Shown: positions 24,073-33,425 of the stretch, one piece after another
How the letters are laid out: each line of letters starts with the position of its first letter
How positions within the stretch are numbered: the stretch's first letter is position 1
Origin: an uncultured Chitinophagales bacterium
GTDB taxonomy: Bacteria; Bacteroidota; Rhodothermia; Balneolales; CAYWCV01
Direction of reading: 5' to 3'
Assembly (NCBI GenBank): GCA_964481355.1
Contig: CAYZWQ010000005.1
Location: forward strand, 1 to 35,945
Length of the DNA stretch: 35,945 nucleotides
Notes under the pieces: model-generated
Told to the model about the DNA's origin: nothing
Seen by the model: only the letters and a program-made list of their open reading frames with translations
Databases searched by the model: none
Position numbers and translations under genes: made by a program

Positions 24073-26039
24073 ATTCCTCAATAATCCGATATCGAATAGC
24101 TTTGTTGATGGTGTTGGCCGGTGTGCTTAGTGGCATGCAGCCAGCGCTTGCGCAGACCTTACCCTACAAGCAGGAGGTGCGCGGCGTTTGGATCACCAAC
24201 GTTGACAGCGACGTGCTCAGTTCAAGGGAAAAGATTGCCGAAGCGATGGATTACCTGGCATCCCGTGGGTTCAACGTGGTTTTCCCTGTCGTTTGGAACA
24301 AAGGATTCACCCTTTACCCAAGCCGGACCATGCGCAGGGAGTTTGGATCACAGCTCGACCAATACAATTTGTCGGATCTTCCGTTTAAGTCGCAGAACAG
24401 GGATCCTCTCAAAGAATTGATTGTGGAAGCGCACCGCAACGGGATGGAGGTCATCCCGTGGTTTGAATTCGGATTCTCGACAAGCTATTCACAGAATGGC
24501 GGACACATCATCAACAACAAACCCCATTGGAAAGCCATCGACATCAATGGCAACCTGGTGGTGAAGAATGGTTTCGATTGGATGGATGCCCTCAACCCCG
24601 AGGTGCAGGACTTCATGCTCAACTTGGTACGCGAGGTGATCGAAGATTACGATGTGGATGGAGTTCAAGGTGACGACCGCCTCCCTGCAATGCCGGCCGA
24701 GGGCGGTTACAGCGACCAAAACATCGAAATGTATCGCGCAGAGCACAATGGCCAAAATCCGCCGGCACAGTTCAATAATTCAGCCTTCATGAAATGGAAG
24801 GCCGACAAGTTGACCCACTTTGGAGGCAGGCTGTACCGGATGGTGAAGCAGCACGATCCGAGGCTGATCGTTTCGATGTCGCCGAGCATCTATCCGTTCA
24901 GCTACTCGCAATACTTGCAGGACTGGCCGCGCTGGATGGATTCAAGCTACGTGGACATGCTTCATCCGCAGGCCTATCGATACGACATCAACAGCTATCG
25001 CAACATCATCGTCGAGCTGGTGGGGAGTGGTACAGGATCATCCGGATACGTCAAGCCGGCCGACCGCACGAAGCTCTCGCCGGGCATTTTGATCAAAGCG
25101 GGAAACCAGTTCAATCGGACGACCTACATCCGCCAGGCTGTCGCGTTCAACCGGTCCCGTGGCGTAAACGGGGAGGTGTTTTTCTTCTACGAGGGATTGC
25201 GAGAGAAAAACGAATTTGCCGCCGATACCCTATACAAATATTTCTATAACGTTCCGGCTCTGCTTCCCTACCGTCAAGGGAAAATCAGGCGACCCAAGGG
25301 GATCATCGTTGACGAGGACACCCCCGGAGCGGTGGCTACCGGTGCATGGACACCCACAACGGAGTACAAGGGTCACAAAGATGGCGCGCTCCGAACACCC
25401 GAGGGATCGGGCTCGACCATCGAGTGGTCGGCCAACGTCCCTTGGTCGGCGTGGTACGATGTGTATGTCTTTAACCCGATATCCAATTTCGAGTCGACCC
25501 AGGCGGCTTCCTATTCAACATGGGGCGATCTTGGTCGCAAGGACACTCTCATCAATCAGCGCAGTACTGGTCGGGGCTGGACAAAAATCGGGACACAGTT
25601 CATCACCGCCGGCAACCGCAAGTTTGCGGAGCTGAGATCGGGCTCCACCAACAATGGGAGGCACGTTTTCGCCGATGCTGCAATGCTCATCTTGAACAGG
25701 AAATTGAGCCCTGATATCGAGCTCGACGGCATGCTTTTGTCATCTGGGGAGGAATCGACCCCCGATCTGCCTGCAGGCCCAATGTTGCACCAGAATTTCC
25801 CAAATCCGTTCAATCCAACCACGACCATCCAGTTTTCCTTGCCACAACGCGACACAGTCAGCCTGGATATTCTGGATGTGGCGGGCAAGGTGGTACGCAC
25901 CCTCGTTATGGATCGCGAGTACCAGCCGGGCATCTATGATGTTGTGTTTGACGGATCCATGCTGGCCTCGGGAATCTATCTGATGCGCCTGCAGACATCA
26001 TTCGGATCAGTGACCAAAAAACTCACCTTGCTAAAATAA
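24069..26039 (+). CDS. GHL10 paralog carrying a canonical T9SS C-terminal sorting domain
   Basis: It has a signal peptide (LAGVLSGMQPALAQ) and the same GHL10 core (VRGVWITNVDSDVLSSREKIAEAMDYLASRGFNVVFPVVWNKGFTLYPS, EVIPWFEFGFS, DGVQGDDRLP). A beta-sandwich follows (INQRSTGRGWTKIGT...HVFADAAMLI). The CTD spans 25791-26036 (NFPNPFNPTTTIQFSLP...GIYLMRLQT...KKLTLLK). The start is a TTG that overlaps the upstream stop. Confidence 0.85.
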   Translation: MNSSIIRYRIALLMVLAGVLSGMQPALAQTLPYKQEVRGVWITNVDSDVLSSREKIAEAMDYLASRGFNVVFPVVWNKGFTLYPSRTMRREFGSQLDQYNLSDLPFKSQNRDPLKELIVEAHRNGMEVIPWFEFGFSTSYSQNGGHIINNKPHWKAIDINGNLVVKNGFDWMDALNPEVQDFMLNLVREVIEDYDVDGVQGDDRLPAMPAEGGYSDQNIEMYRAEHNGQNPPAQFNNSAFMKWKADKLTHFGGRLYRMVKQHDPRLIVSMSPSIYPFSYSQYLQDWPRWMDSSYVDMLHPQAYRYDINSYRNIIVELVGSGTGSSGYVKPADRTKLSPGILIKAGNQFNRTTYIRQAVAFNRSRGVNGEVFFFYEGLREKNEFAADTLYKYFYNVPALLPYRQGKIRRPKGIIVDEDTPGAVATGAWTPTTEYKGHKDGALRTPEGSGSTIEWSANVPWSAWYDVYVFNPISNFESTQAASYSTWGDLGRKDTLINQRSTGRGWTKIGTQFITAGNRKFAELRSGSTNNGRHVFADAAMLILNRKLSPDIELDGMLLSSGEESTPDLPAGPMLHQNFPNPFNPTTTIQFSLPQRDTVSLDILDVAGKVVRTLVMDREYQPGIYDVVFDGSMLASGIYLMRLQTSFGSVTKKLTLLK

Positions 26040-26043
26040 ACCG

Positions 26044-27852
26044 ATGCATCCAATCGATTATATCATCATATCGGTTTACCTGCTGCTGCTGGTGGGCTTT
26101 GGGGTTTACCTTCAGAAGAAGGCGTCTACAGGGATCGACAGTTTCTTCCTTGGCAATCGCAAGATACCTTGGTGGGCGCTGGGCGCGTCGGGGATGGCGT
26201 CGAACTTGGACGTAAGCGGCACGATGATCATCGTGGCGTTGATTTATGCAATCGGATTGAATGGATTTTTCATCGAAATCCGCGGCGGCATCGTCCTGGT
26301 CATGGCTTTCTTCATGATTTTCATGGGGAAATGGAATCGGCGTGCCGGAGTGATGACGCTTGCCGAATGGATGCAGTTCCGCTTTGGGCCAGGCAAGGCA
26401 GGTAACGTCGCACGTTTGCTTGCTGCGATCACCAATTTGGCGTTTGCTGTGGCTGTCGTCACGTACTTTGCCCAAGGTGGCGGAATTTTCTTGGGCACCA
26501 TTTTGGGGATGGATCCGAATCTGGCCGCACTGATCATGATCGTGCTTGCATCCATCTACACCATTGCCTCCGGTTTGTACGGAGTGGTTTATACCGATGT
26601 ATTCCAAGGCTTCCTCATCCTGATCGCCATATTATATGTCTGCTTCCTGGCTTTTACCCAGTACACGCTTCCCGATGAGTTCATGGTTTCGGTGCCGCTG
26701 GTAGGTGGAGGTTTCCAGGAATTGAAGACGAGCATATCCGGATGGGTGGATGTTGTGCCATCATGGAACATGAACCTGCCCGGTGAGTACGCGGCATACA
26801 ACTTTCTGGGGATTGCCGTCATGTTCTATTTGGCCAAGACGGTGATCGAGGGTTCTGGTGGTTCTGGCGGCTACTTGGTGCAACGGTACTATGCGGCAGA
26901 AAATGACCGCGAAGCGGGACTCCTCAGCCTTCTTTGGATACTGTTGTTGTCGTTCCGCTGGCCATTTGTTGTGAGCATGGCCATCATCGGCATCGTGTAT
27001 GGCTCTCAGCACAGTGTCATCCAAAACCCCGAGGAGGTACTTCCCACCGTGCTGTTGAATGTGATTCCAACCGGTATGAAGGGACTCCTGTTAGCCGGTC
27101 TGATAGCTGCCGCTATGTCTACCTTCGACTCCGTGGTGAATTCGGGTGCCGCCTATTGGGTCAAGGACATCTATCAGAAGTTCATCCGTCCCGATGCTGA
27201 CGAGAAAAAGCTGATATGGCACAGCCGGATGGCATCGTTGGTGATCGTTTTGGTAGGCCTTGCACTCACCTATGCATTCAACAATCTGAACCAAGTTTGG
27301 TCGTGGCTTACCATGGGATTGGGATCGGGTTTTATCATACCGCAGGTAATACGATGGTACTGGTGGCGATTCAATGGCTGGGGATTCGCATCCGGCGTGT
27401 TCACCGGCATGGTGATGGCCTTCGCACAGCTCATTTTCTATCCCGGTATCGGCGACATGTGGGGATTCCTGATCATCACGAGTGCCTCATTCGTCGCATC
27501 CATTATTGGGACCTATTTGTCCGATCCCGTCGACGACGAGGTGCTGGTGAACTTTTACCGCAAAACGCGGCCATTCGGTTTCTGGGGACATATCCGTGAC
27601 CTTGCCAAAGATCTTGACCTTCAAGAGGTCGATGCAGAGAATAAGCGCGATATCCGCTCGATTTTTGTTGCCGTTCCGTGGCAACTCACACTCTTTTTGA
27701 CGCCAATGGTGTTTGTGACGCGCCAATGGCACCTATTCTGGCCTTTGTTTGGATTGCTGATAGTCTTGAGCTTGCTGTTGTACTTCGGATGGTTCAGGCA
27801 CTTGTCGGCGCGACCTCGTACATCGGTGGCAGGATCACCACCCGATGCTTAA
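26044..27852 (+). CDS. Sodium:solute symporter family (SSF) transporter, 602 aa
   Basis: It has about 13-14 hydrophobic segments and an SSF-like N-terminus (IDYIIISVYLLLLVGFGVYLQKKASTGIDSFFLGNRKIPWWALGASGMAS). It starts 4 nt after the upstream stop. Confidence 0.85.
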   Translation: MHPIDYIIISVYLLLLVGFGVYLQKKASTGIDSFFLGNRKIPWWALGASGMASNLDVSGTMIIVALIYAIGLNGFFIEIRGGIVLVMAFFMIFMGKWNRRAGVMTLAEWMQFRFGPGKAGNVARLLAAITNLAFAVAVVTYFAQGGGIFLGTILGMDPNLAALIMIVLASIYTIASGLYGVVYTDVFQGFLILIAILYVCFLAFTQYTLPDEFMVSVPLVGGGFQELKTSISGWVDVVPSWNMNLPGEYAAYNFLGIAVMFYLAKTVIEGSGGSGGYLVQRYYAAENDREAGLLSLLWILLLSFRWPFVVSMAIIGIVYGSQHSVIQNPEEVLPTVLLNVIPTGMKGLLLAGLIAAAMSTFDSVVNSGAAYWVKDIYQKFIRPDADEKKLIWHSRMASLVIVLVGLALTYAFNNLNQVWSWLTMGLGSGFIIPQVIRWYWWRFNGWGFASGVFTGMVMAFAQLIFYPGIGDMWGFLIITSASFVASIIGTYLSDPVDDEVLVNFYRKTRPFGFWGHIRDLAKDLDLQEVDAENKRDIRSIFVAVPWQLTLFLTPMVFVTRQWHLFWPLFGLLIVLSLLLYFGWFRHLSARPRTSVAGSPPDA

Positions 27853-27916
27853 CTCACCTAAACTCACACAGAAGATCACACATACAGCTACCATCAATCA
27901 ACATAATCTCAAACCT

Positions 27917-30160
27917 ATGAATGCCTCTAAACAAGCTCAAACGACCTTTTTGGGTCTCTGGCTTCTGAGTCTGGCCTTGCTGCCAACACTCAGCCAAGCT
28001 CAGGTCACCGCAATGACCGACAAAGCATGGGAAATCCTTTCAGGGCAGCGGCCCTGGCTGCCGGCATCCGGCGACCAAGTCCGTGGCGGATTCTACAACC
28101 CTGTTACCGACAATATCTTGCTGCCAACCCGTCAGTTGGGCAACCGGGTACTCGTGCTCAATTCAGCTACGGGTGATTCGGTCGGAGTATTAAACAATAC
28201 GGATGTCACAGGTGGTACCTTCGGTATCAACGAGTTGGGAGTCACTAGCGACGGTAATATTTTTGCCGCCAATTTGGTGGTGAGTGGCAACGGCCTCAAG
28301 GTCTACCACTGGCCAAACCAGAGCCCCACGACCGCACCCCGCGTGGTATTTGACGGCACTACTTCTTCGATCTCGCCGGGACGCTACGGCGACTCGTTCG
28401 CCGTTGAGGGCAACTTTGGCACTGATGCCAACCCTGGCACGGTCACCATCTATGTGAGTGGATCTGGCAATACAAAAATCGCCGTTCTTAAAATGGAGCG
28501 CGGTGCTACCACGGCGACGCTTGACCGTGAAATCAGCATCGCGGCAGGTTTGGCCCGTGGATCGATATCGCCAACTGGCGATGGCAACCTATGGGTAAAC
28601 GGCGGTGGTACAGCTGCCTCGCTGATCGATGGCACAACTGGTTCCGTCATTAAATCGATAGGTCCAGATTTGACGAACAACGCATTTCAGGAGCTCCGTT
28701 CTTTCACACAGAATGAGAAGAATTTCGTAGTTACAGGTCTCCGTGCCGGTACATTCGGTTCTGAATTCGAGGTCTTCGACGTGACCGATCTCGACAACAT
28801 TGCCAAGGTTGCGACTATCGCGGGCATTAATAGTGTTGGAAACGGTAACGGTGCGGGCTTTATCACCTACGATGCAGTAAAGAACCGCCTCATCGTGATG
28901 GGCACCAACAACAACCTCACCTCGTTCCGCTTCGGACAGGTGCACCAGGTCAGAAACGCCCCCGAATGGGCCGTCTATGCCGACGAAAACCGCTGGTTCC
29001 GTTCCGACAACGTGACACGTGGCCTGACGGTAAACCCGGTTACCGGCAACGCACTTTTGGTCTCTCGTACTGGCTACCCTGAAGTGAAAGTCATCAATGG
29101 CGCCACAGGCGACTCGCTCAAGGCACTGGATATGACTGGCGTGGTGAACGTGAACTCGACGTTCCCAATCAATATTGCAGCTGTAACCTCCGACGGCCAA
29201 ATTTTTGCCTGTAACCTGGCACTTTCTGGACAAACGGTACGCATCTATCGTTGGGCCAATGAAAATGCCGCCCCACAGACTGTCTTCGAAGGAGAACTGA
29301 GTGCACTCCGCTATGGCGACGCCTTTGGTGTGAGGGGATCGGGCGACAATGTCACCGTCTACATATCAGGCACCGGAAGCACCGAAATAGGCCGACTGAC
29401 TTGGAACGGTACCGCAATGGCGGAGATTGCCCCATTGCTTGTTCCGGCCAGCCTCGGACGCTTCGGAATTTCGCCTGTTCCTGGTACCACCCATGTATGG
29501 TTGAGTGGGTTTGGAACGCCTACCACATTGTTAAATGAGGCCAACAACACCATCTTGGCAGAGCTGGACGAGACAAAAGTTCCCAACACGTTCTTTGGGC
29601 CAAGCACGTACTTTGAAGCTGCCGGCCGCAAGTTCTTGGCCTTGGGTCCCAACAACACCACATTCCATGTCATTGATGTGACGGATCCAGCCGAACCTAC
29701 CCTCGTTCGCACCTATGGACCGCTCAACGTGCGTCCAAACATCAACCAAACCGGTGGCTCCGGATGGGATGCAGCCAACAACCGCCTGATTGTGATGGCA
29801 TCCAACAACGTATACGCCGGCTTCAAGCTGTCGAATGCGACGCTCACCGACTTGGAGGACGACACGGCTTCAGAAATTCCAAGCAGCTTCGAGATTGTCG
29901 GAAACTACCCGAATCCGTTCAACCCGACTACGACGATCCGTTTCAACCTGGCTGAGCGTGCCGACATCACCCTGCAGGTGATCGACGTCCTCGGTCGCGT
30001 CGTGATGACACAAAACGTAGGTCGTATGGTTGCCGGAACCAACCAGCAGTTCATGCTCGATGCCTCGCGTCTGGCAAGCGGTGTATATTTGTACCGCATG
30101 ACCGCCAACACGGGTGCCAAGATCATGTCGGCAAACGGCAAGTTCACCCTCGTCAAGTAA
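27917..30160 (+). CDS. Secreted hypothetical protein made of two tandem modules of about 300 aa, plus a T9SS C-terminal sorting domain
   Basis: The signal peptide is LSLALLPTLSQAQ. Module A is about 28022-28939 and module B about 28958-29830. They share blocks such as NSATGDSVGVL...VTSDGNIFAANL...KVYHW versus NGATGDSLKAL...VTSDGQIFACNL...RIYRW. Further shared blocks are RYGDSFAV / RYGDAFGV and NRLIVMGTNN / NRLIVMASNN. The CTD spans 29900-30157 (NYPNPFNPTTTIRFNL...GVYLYRMTA...GKFTLVK). The tracked ORF opens at 27845 and the ATG at 27917 is preferred. Confidence 0.8.
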   Translation: MNASKQAQTTFLGLWLLSLALLPTLSQAQVTAMTDKAWEILSGQRPWLPASGDQVRGGFYNPVTDNILLPTRQLGNRVLVLNSATGDSVGVLNNTDVTGGTFGINELGVTSDGNIFAANLVVSGNGLKVYHWPNQSPTTAPRVVFDGTTSSISPGRYGDSFAVEGNFGTDANPGTVTIYVSGSGNTKIAVLKMERGATTATLDREISIAAGLARGSISPTGDGNLWVNGGGTAASLIDGTTGSVIKSIGPDLTNNAFQELRSFTQNEKNFVVTGLRAGTFGSEFEVFDVTDLDNIAKVATIAGINSVGNGNGAGFITYDAVKNRLIVMGTNNNLTSFRFGQVHQVRNAPEWAVYADENRWFRSDNVTRGLTVNPVTGNALLVSRTGYPEVKVINGATGDSLKALDMTGVVNVNSTFPINIAAVTSDGQIFACNLALSGQTVRIYRWANENAAPQTVFEGELSALRYGDAFGVRGSGDNVTVYISGTGSTEIGRLTWNGTAMAEIAPLLVPASLGRFGISPVPGTTHVWLSGFGTPTTLLNEANNTILAELDETKVPNTFFGPSTYFEAAGRKFLALGPNNTTFHVIDVTDPAEPTLVRTYGPLNVRPNINQTGGSGWDAANNRLIVMASNNVYAGFKLSNATLTDLEDDTASEIPSSFEIVGNYPNPFNPTTTIRFNLAERADITLQVIDVLGRVVMTQNVGRMVAGTNQQFMLDASRLASGVYLYRMTANTGAKIMSANGKFTLVK

Positions 30161-30171
30161 TCGATCCCCAC

Positions 30172-30213
30172 AAAAGCCCGCACCTTTTGAAAAGGTGCGG
30201 GCTTTTTCTTTTC
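30172..30213 (+). terminator. Rho-independent terminator ending the 14.4-30.2 kb operon
   Basis: AAAAGCCCGCACCTTTT g AAAAGGTGCGGGCTTTTTCTTTTC. A perfect 17-bp stem with a GC core is followed by a T-tract, 12 nt after the stop at 30160. Confidence 0.9.
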
Positions 30214-30230
30214 ACTGAATTCATCTCGCT

Positions 30231-32036
30231 ATGCTCCGGTTCGTTTTACCTCTGTTTATCTCCCTCCTATTCGTAAGCTGCACGGCCCAACCTACTTGGG
30301 ACCATGAGACGGACATCCTAGTCGTTGGTGGAGGTGCCAGTGGTACCGCGGCAGCGATTCAAGCATCAAGGCTCGGGGCTGATGTCATAGTGGCCGAACC
30401 GACCACCTGGCTTGGGGGCATGCTCACGGCAGCCGGAGTTGCCGCCGTCGATGGCAACCACCGTATGCCGTCCGGTATATTCGGGGAGTTTCGGGAAGCT
30501 CTTTACAGGCACTATGGAGGCCCGTCGAAAGTGGCAACCGGATGGGTTAGCAACACCCTGTTCGAACCCCATGTTGGCGATTCCATTCTCAAGGCAATGG
30601 TGGCGGCAGAATCGAACATCCAAGTGAACTATGAGCTTCAGTTTCGCAAGGCCGTCATGAACGGAGACCGCATCGTGGGCGCGGAATTCACAGACCGTGA
30701 CGGCAACATGGTTCGCATCGCGGCAAAGATCGTCATAGAGGCAACCGAATATGGCGACGTGGTCGCCTCTTCGGGAGCCGCCTATCGCACAGGTATGGAA
30801 ACATTCGCGGAGACAGGGGAGCAGGGTGCCCCGGAAGAAAAGGTCGATTTCGTGCAAGATCTTACCTATGTGGCAATCCTGAAAGATTATGGAACGGGAA
30901 CCGACATGACGATTCCAAAACCCGAACCGTATAATACCGAACCATTCGAGTGCATGTGCCGCCAAGTGTGCGAAGTTCCGACAGAGGGACTCATCGACTG
31001 CCAGCAGATGCTCAACTACGGCAGGCTTCCGAACTACAAATTCATGATCAACTGGCCCAACAAGGGCAACGACTTATACCTCGACATCCTCGAACTGACA
31101 CCGGAACAAAGAGAGGAAGCCCTCAAAGCGGCAAAAAACCACACCTTGGCATGGGTACACTTCCTGCAGACCAAAGGTGGATACACCCACATTGGATTGG
31201 CCACCGACGAGTTCGACACCGACGACCACCTCGCGCTCATCCCCTACATCCGAGAAAGCCGCCGGGTAAACGGAAAGGTCACCCTCAAGCTCCAGGACAT
31301 CCTGAATCCGTATGCCGATCCTTCACGTCCCTATTACCAATTTGGAATCGCCGTTGGCGACTATCCCGTCGATCACCACCGCAAGGTGAATCCGGTGCCA
31401 AGACAGATTGAATTCCCGCCGATCCCGTCATACAATGTTCCATATGGATCCATGATACCGGAGTCCATCAAAGGGCTGATCGTTGCCGAAAAGAGCATAT
31501 CGGTGACCAATGTCGTGAACGGCACAACCCGGCTGCAGCCTGTCGTGCTCGGGTTGGGTCAGGCTGCGGGTGCAGCCGCTGCACTCAGCCTCATAGAGGG
31601 AGTGGAACCTGCCGACCTATCGATCAGAATTCTTCAGCAGACGCTTCTGGATGCATCGGTTTGGATCATGCCTTACTTTGACGTGAAAGCGGATGAGCCC
31701 GATTTCGCCGCCATCATGAGGGTCGGAGCTGCAGGACTCATGCGTGGTGAGGGCCGACCGGTCGCCTGGGCTAACGAAACCCACTTTAAACCTGACTCAA
31801 CGGCAACGACCGACGATCTTATCCTTGCCCTAGCCGTCGTTGGATTTGAGAGCACACTCGAATCGGGCGAAATGCTCCGGCGCGATGTGGCACTGGCGGA
31901 ACTCTCAAAGGCCGCAGGTGTCGAGGTCAACGCAGAACGCGGAGATACCAACAGGCTCACACGTAGGGAACTCGCCGTTTTGATCGATCAAATCATAAAA
32001 CCGTTCGAGCTGCCCGTGCCTAAACTTTGGGATTGA
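30231..32036 (+). CDS. FAD-dependent oxidoreductase lipoprotein (FAD_oxidored / PF12831-like)
   Basis: The lipobox is LLFVSC. The dinucleotide-binding motif is DILVVGGGASGTAAAIQASRLGADVIVAEPTTWLGGMLTAAGV. The 600-aa length is typical of PUL-associated members of this family. Confidence 0.8.
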   Translation: MLRFVLPLFISLLFVSCTAQPTWDHETDILVVGGGASGTAAAIQASRLGADVIVAEPTTWLGGMLTAAGVAAVDGNHRMPSGIFGEFREALYRHYGGPSKVATGWVSNTLFEPHVGDSILKAMVAAESNIQVNYELQFRKAVMNGDRIVGAEFTDRDGNMVRIAAKIVIEATEYGDVVASSGAAYRTGMETFAETGEQGAPEEKVDFVQDLTYVAILKDYGTGTDMTIPKPEPYNTEPFECMCRQVCEVPTEGLIDCQQMLNYGRLPNYKFMINWPNKGNDLYLDILELTPEQREEALKAAKNHTLAWVHFLQTKGGYTHIGLATDEFDTDDHLALIPYIRESRRVNGKVTLKLQDILNPYADPSRPYYQFGIAVGDYPVDHHRKVNPVPRQIEFPPIPSYNVPYGSMIPESIKGLIVAEKSISVTNVVNGTTRLQPVVLGLGQAAGAAAALSLIEGVEPADLSIRILQQTLLDASVWIMPYFDVKADEPDFAAIMRVGAAGLMRGEGRPVAWANETHFKPDSTATTDDLILALAVVGFESTLESGEMLRRDVALAELSKAAGVEVNAERGDTNRLTRRELAVLIDQIIKPFELPVPKLWD

Positions 32037-33422
32037 TCACGATGCTCTTGCCAGGTGCCTGTCAGCCAGACTCGCCACCATTGCCCCCATCACGGCCAAG
32101 AGCAGCATCGAATCAAATCCAAGAAACTGCGGCGAGGTCAAGTTTACGAGCATCATACCGACAACCTGACACATGATGATCAGGGCCGTTATCCGTGCGA
32201 ATGGAGTGGTGGCCTCTTTGAATACCATGAATCCAGTTCGCACGATCATGACCAGGTATGTGATGGCTGCCACCATGCCGAACAATCCCATTTTGAACCA
32301 CATGGCCAAGTACCCATTGTGTACGTAGCTCGTGTGGGTCCAATAACCCGCAATCACACCATAGCGTTGATACACGTATCCAAAGCCATAGCCGGCAAAC
32401 GGATTCAGTTTTACAAGGTCCCAAACCGATTGGGTCTCCAAAACTCGCTCGAGTAGCGATGGATCCATCTGCGAGCCGCCGGTAAGCGATAATCGGTACG
32501 CCAGATTCTCGATCACAACCATCGTTGCCGAATAGTAAACGGTGAAGGCGACAGTTACAGCTGCAACGGCAAGCAGCGTCGACGTGATGAGCGCGCGGAT
32601 GCGGGCTGAACGGTCAGAAAACAGCATGAACACCCCGGCAGAAAGCACGAAGGCAAGCCAATAGCCGCGGCTTTGGGTCAAAATGAGCCCTGCAAACATA
32701 AATCCGAACACACCCAGATAGAACAGGCGCGGTATCCACTTCGTTTGATAGGCCTGGAGAATGAAGAAGCCCACAGATCCTGCCATCAGAAATACCTCGT
32801 TCTTTGCCACGCGAGCCTTCTGGATCTGCCATTCCATCACCGCTTCGATCAGGATCTGCTGGTAGTTTCGGATGTTTCGCAGCGCCACAAAAAGGATCAT
32901 CACGACCAATATGATCAGGATGTTTCGAACTACCTTATCGTCGGCCATCTGGTCGCGCAGCACGAAATAGGTAAGGATCGGGAACATCAGCGTGATGTCG
33001 TCGATGCGGTTCTTCATGAGACCTCCGGTGAAGAACCCCAAAATGATGCCATATCCGATAAAAATCAGCAGCACCAAATAGCTCTTGTCGATGCCATGCC
33101 GCAAGTGCCACTGCCCCGTAAGTGCCAGCCAGGGCACCATGATTGCCACGACCCCTGCGATGTAGGCATAATAGAGCGCCTCGCGTATGTTGGTTCCCGA
33201 ATCTTGGTCGAACGTAAGCAAGGCGAAGAACACGATGCCATAGGCGACCACGCCTTTGTGGCGATATCCGGTGTAAAGTGCCACCGGTATCAATGCCAAG
33301 GCGATCAGCACCACCCCAGACAGCTCGTGTAATGCCATAATTCCGAGCACGGTGACGACAGCGATGCCGGCACCGAACACGAGCCAACCGTACCGGTCGC
33401 TGGGGTACGCCGCTTCCATCAT
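32037..33422 (-). CDS. O-antigen ligase / Wzy-type polymerase family membrane protein
   Basis: It has about 10-12 TM segments. The central loop motif LILTQSRGYWLAFVLSAGVFMLF is typical of the Wzy_C (PF04932) family. Confidence 0.7.
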   Translation of the reverse strand: MMEAAYPSDRYGWLVFGAGIAVVTVLGIMALHELSGVVLIALALIPVALYTGYRHKGVVAYGIVFFALLTFDQDSGTNIREALYYAYIAGVVAIMVPWLALTGQWHLRHGIDKSYLVLLIFIGYGIILGFFTGGLMKNRIDDITLMFPILTYFVLRDQMADDKVVRNILIILVVMILFVALRNIRNYQQILIEAVMEWQIQKARVAKNEVFLMAGSVGFFILQAYQTKWIPRLFYLGVFGFMFAGLILTQSRGYWLAFVLSAGVFMLFSDRSARIRALITSTLLAVAAVTVAFTVYYSATMVVIENLAYRLSLTGGSQMDPSLLERVLETQSVWDLVKLNPFAGYGFGYVYQRYGVIAGYWTHTSYVHNGYLAMWFKMGLFGMVAAITYLVMIVRTGFMVFKEATTPFARITALIIMCQVVGMMLVNLTSPQFLGFDSMLLLAVMGAMVASLADRHLARAS

Positions 33423-33425
33423 GAA

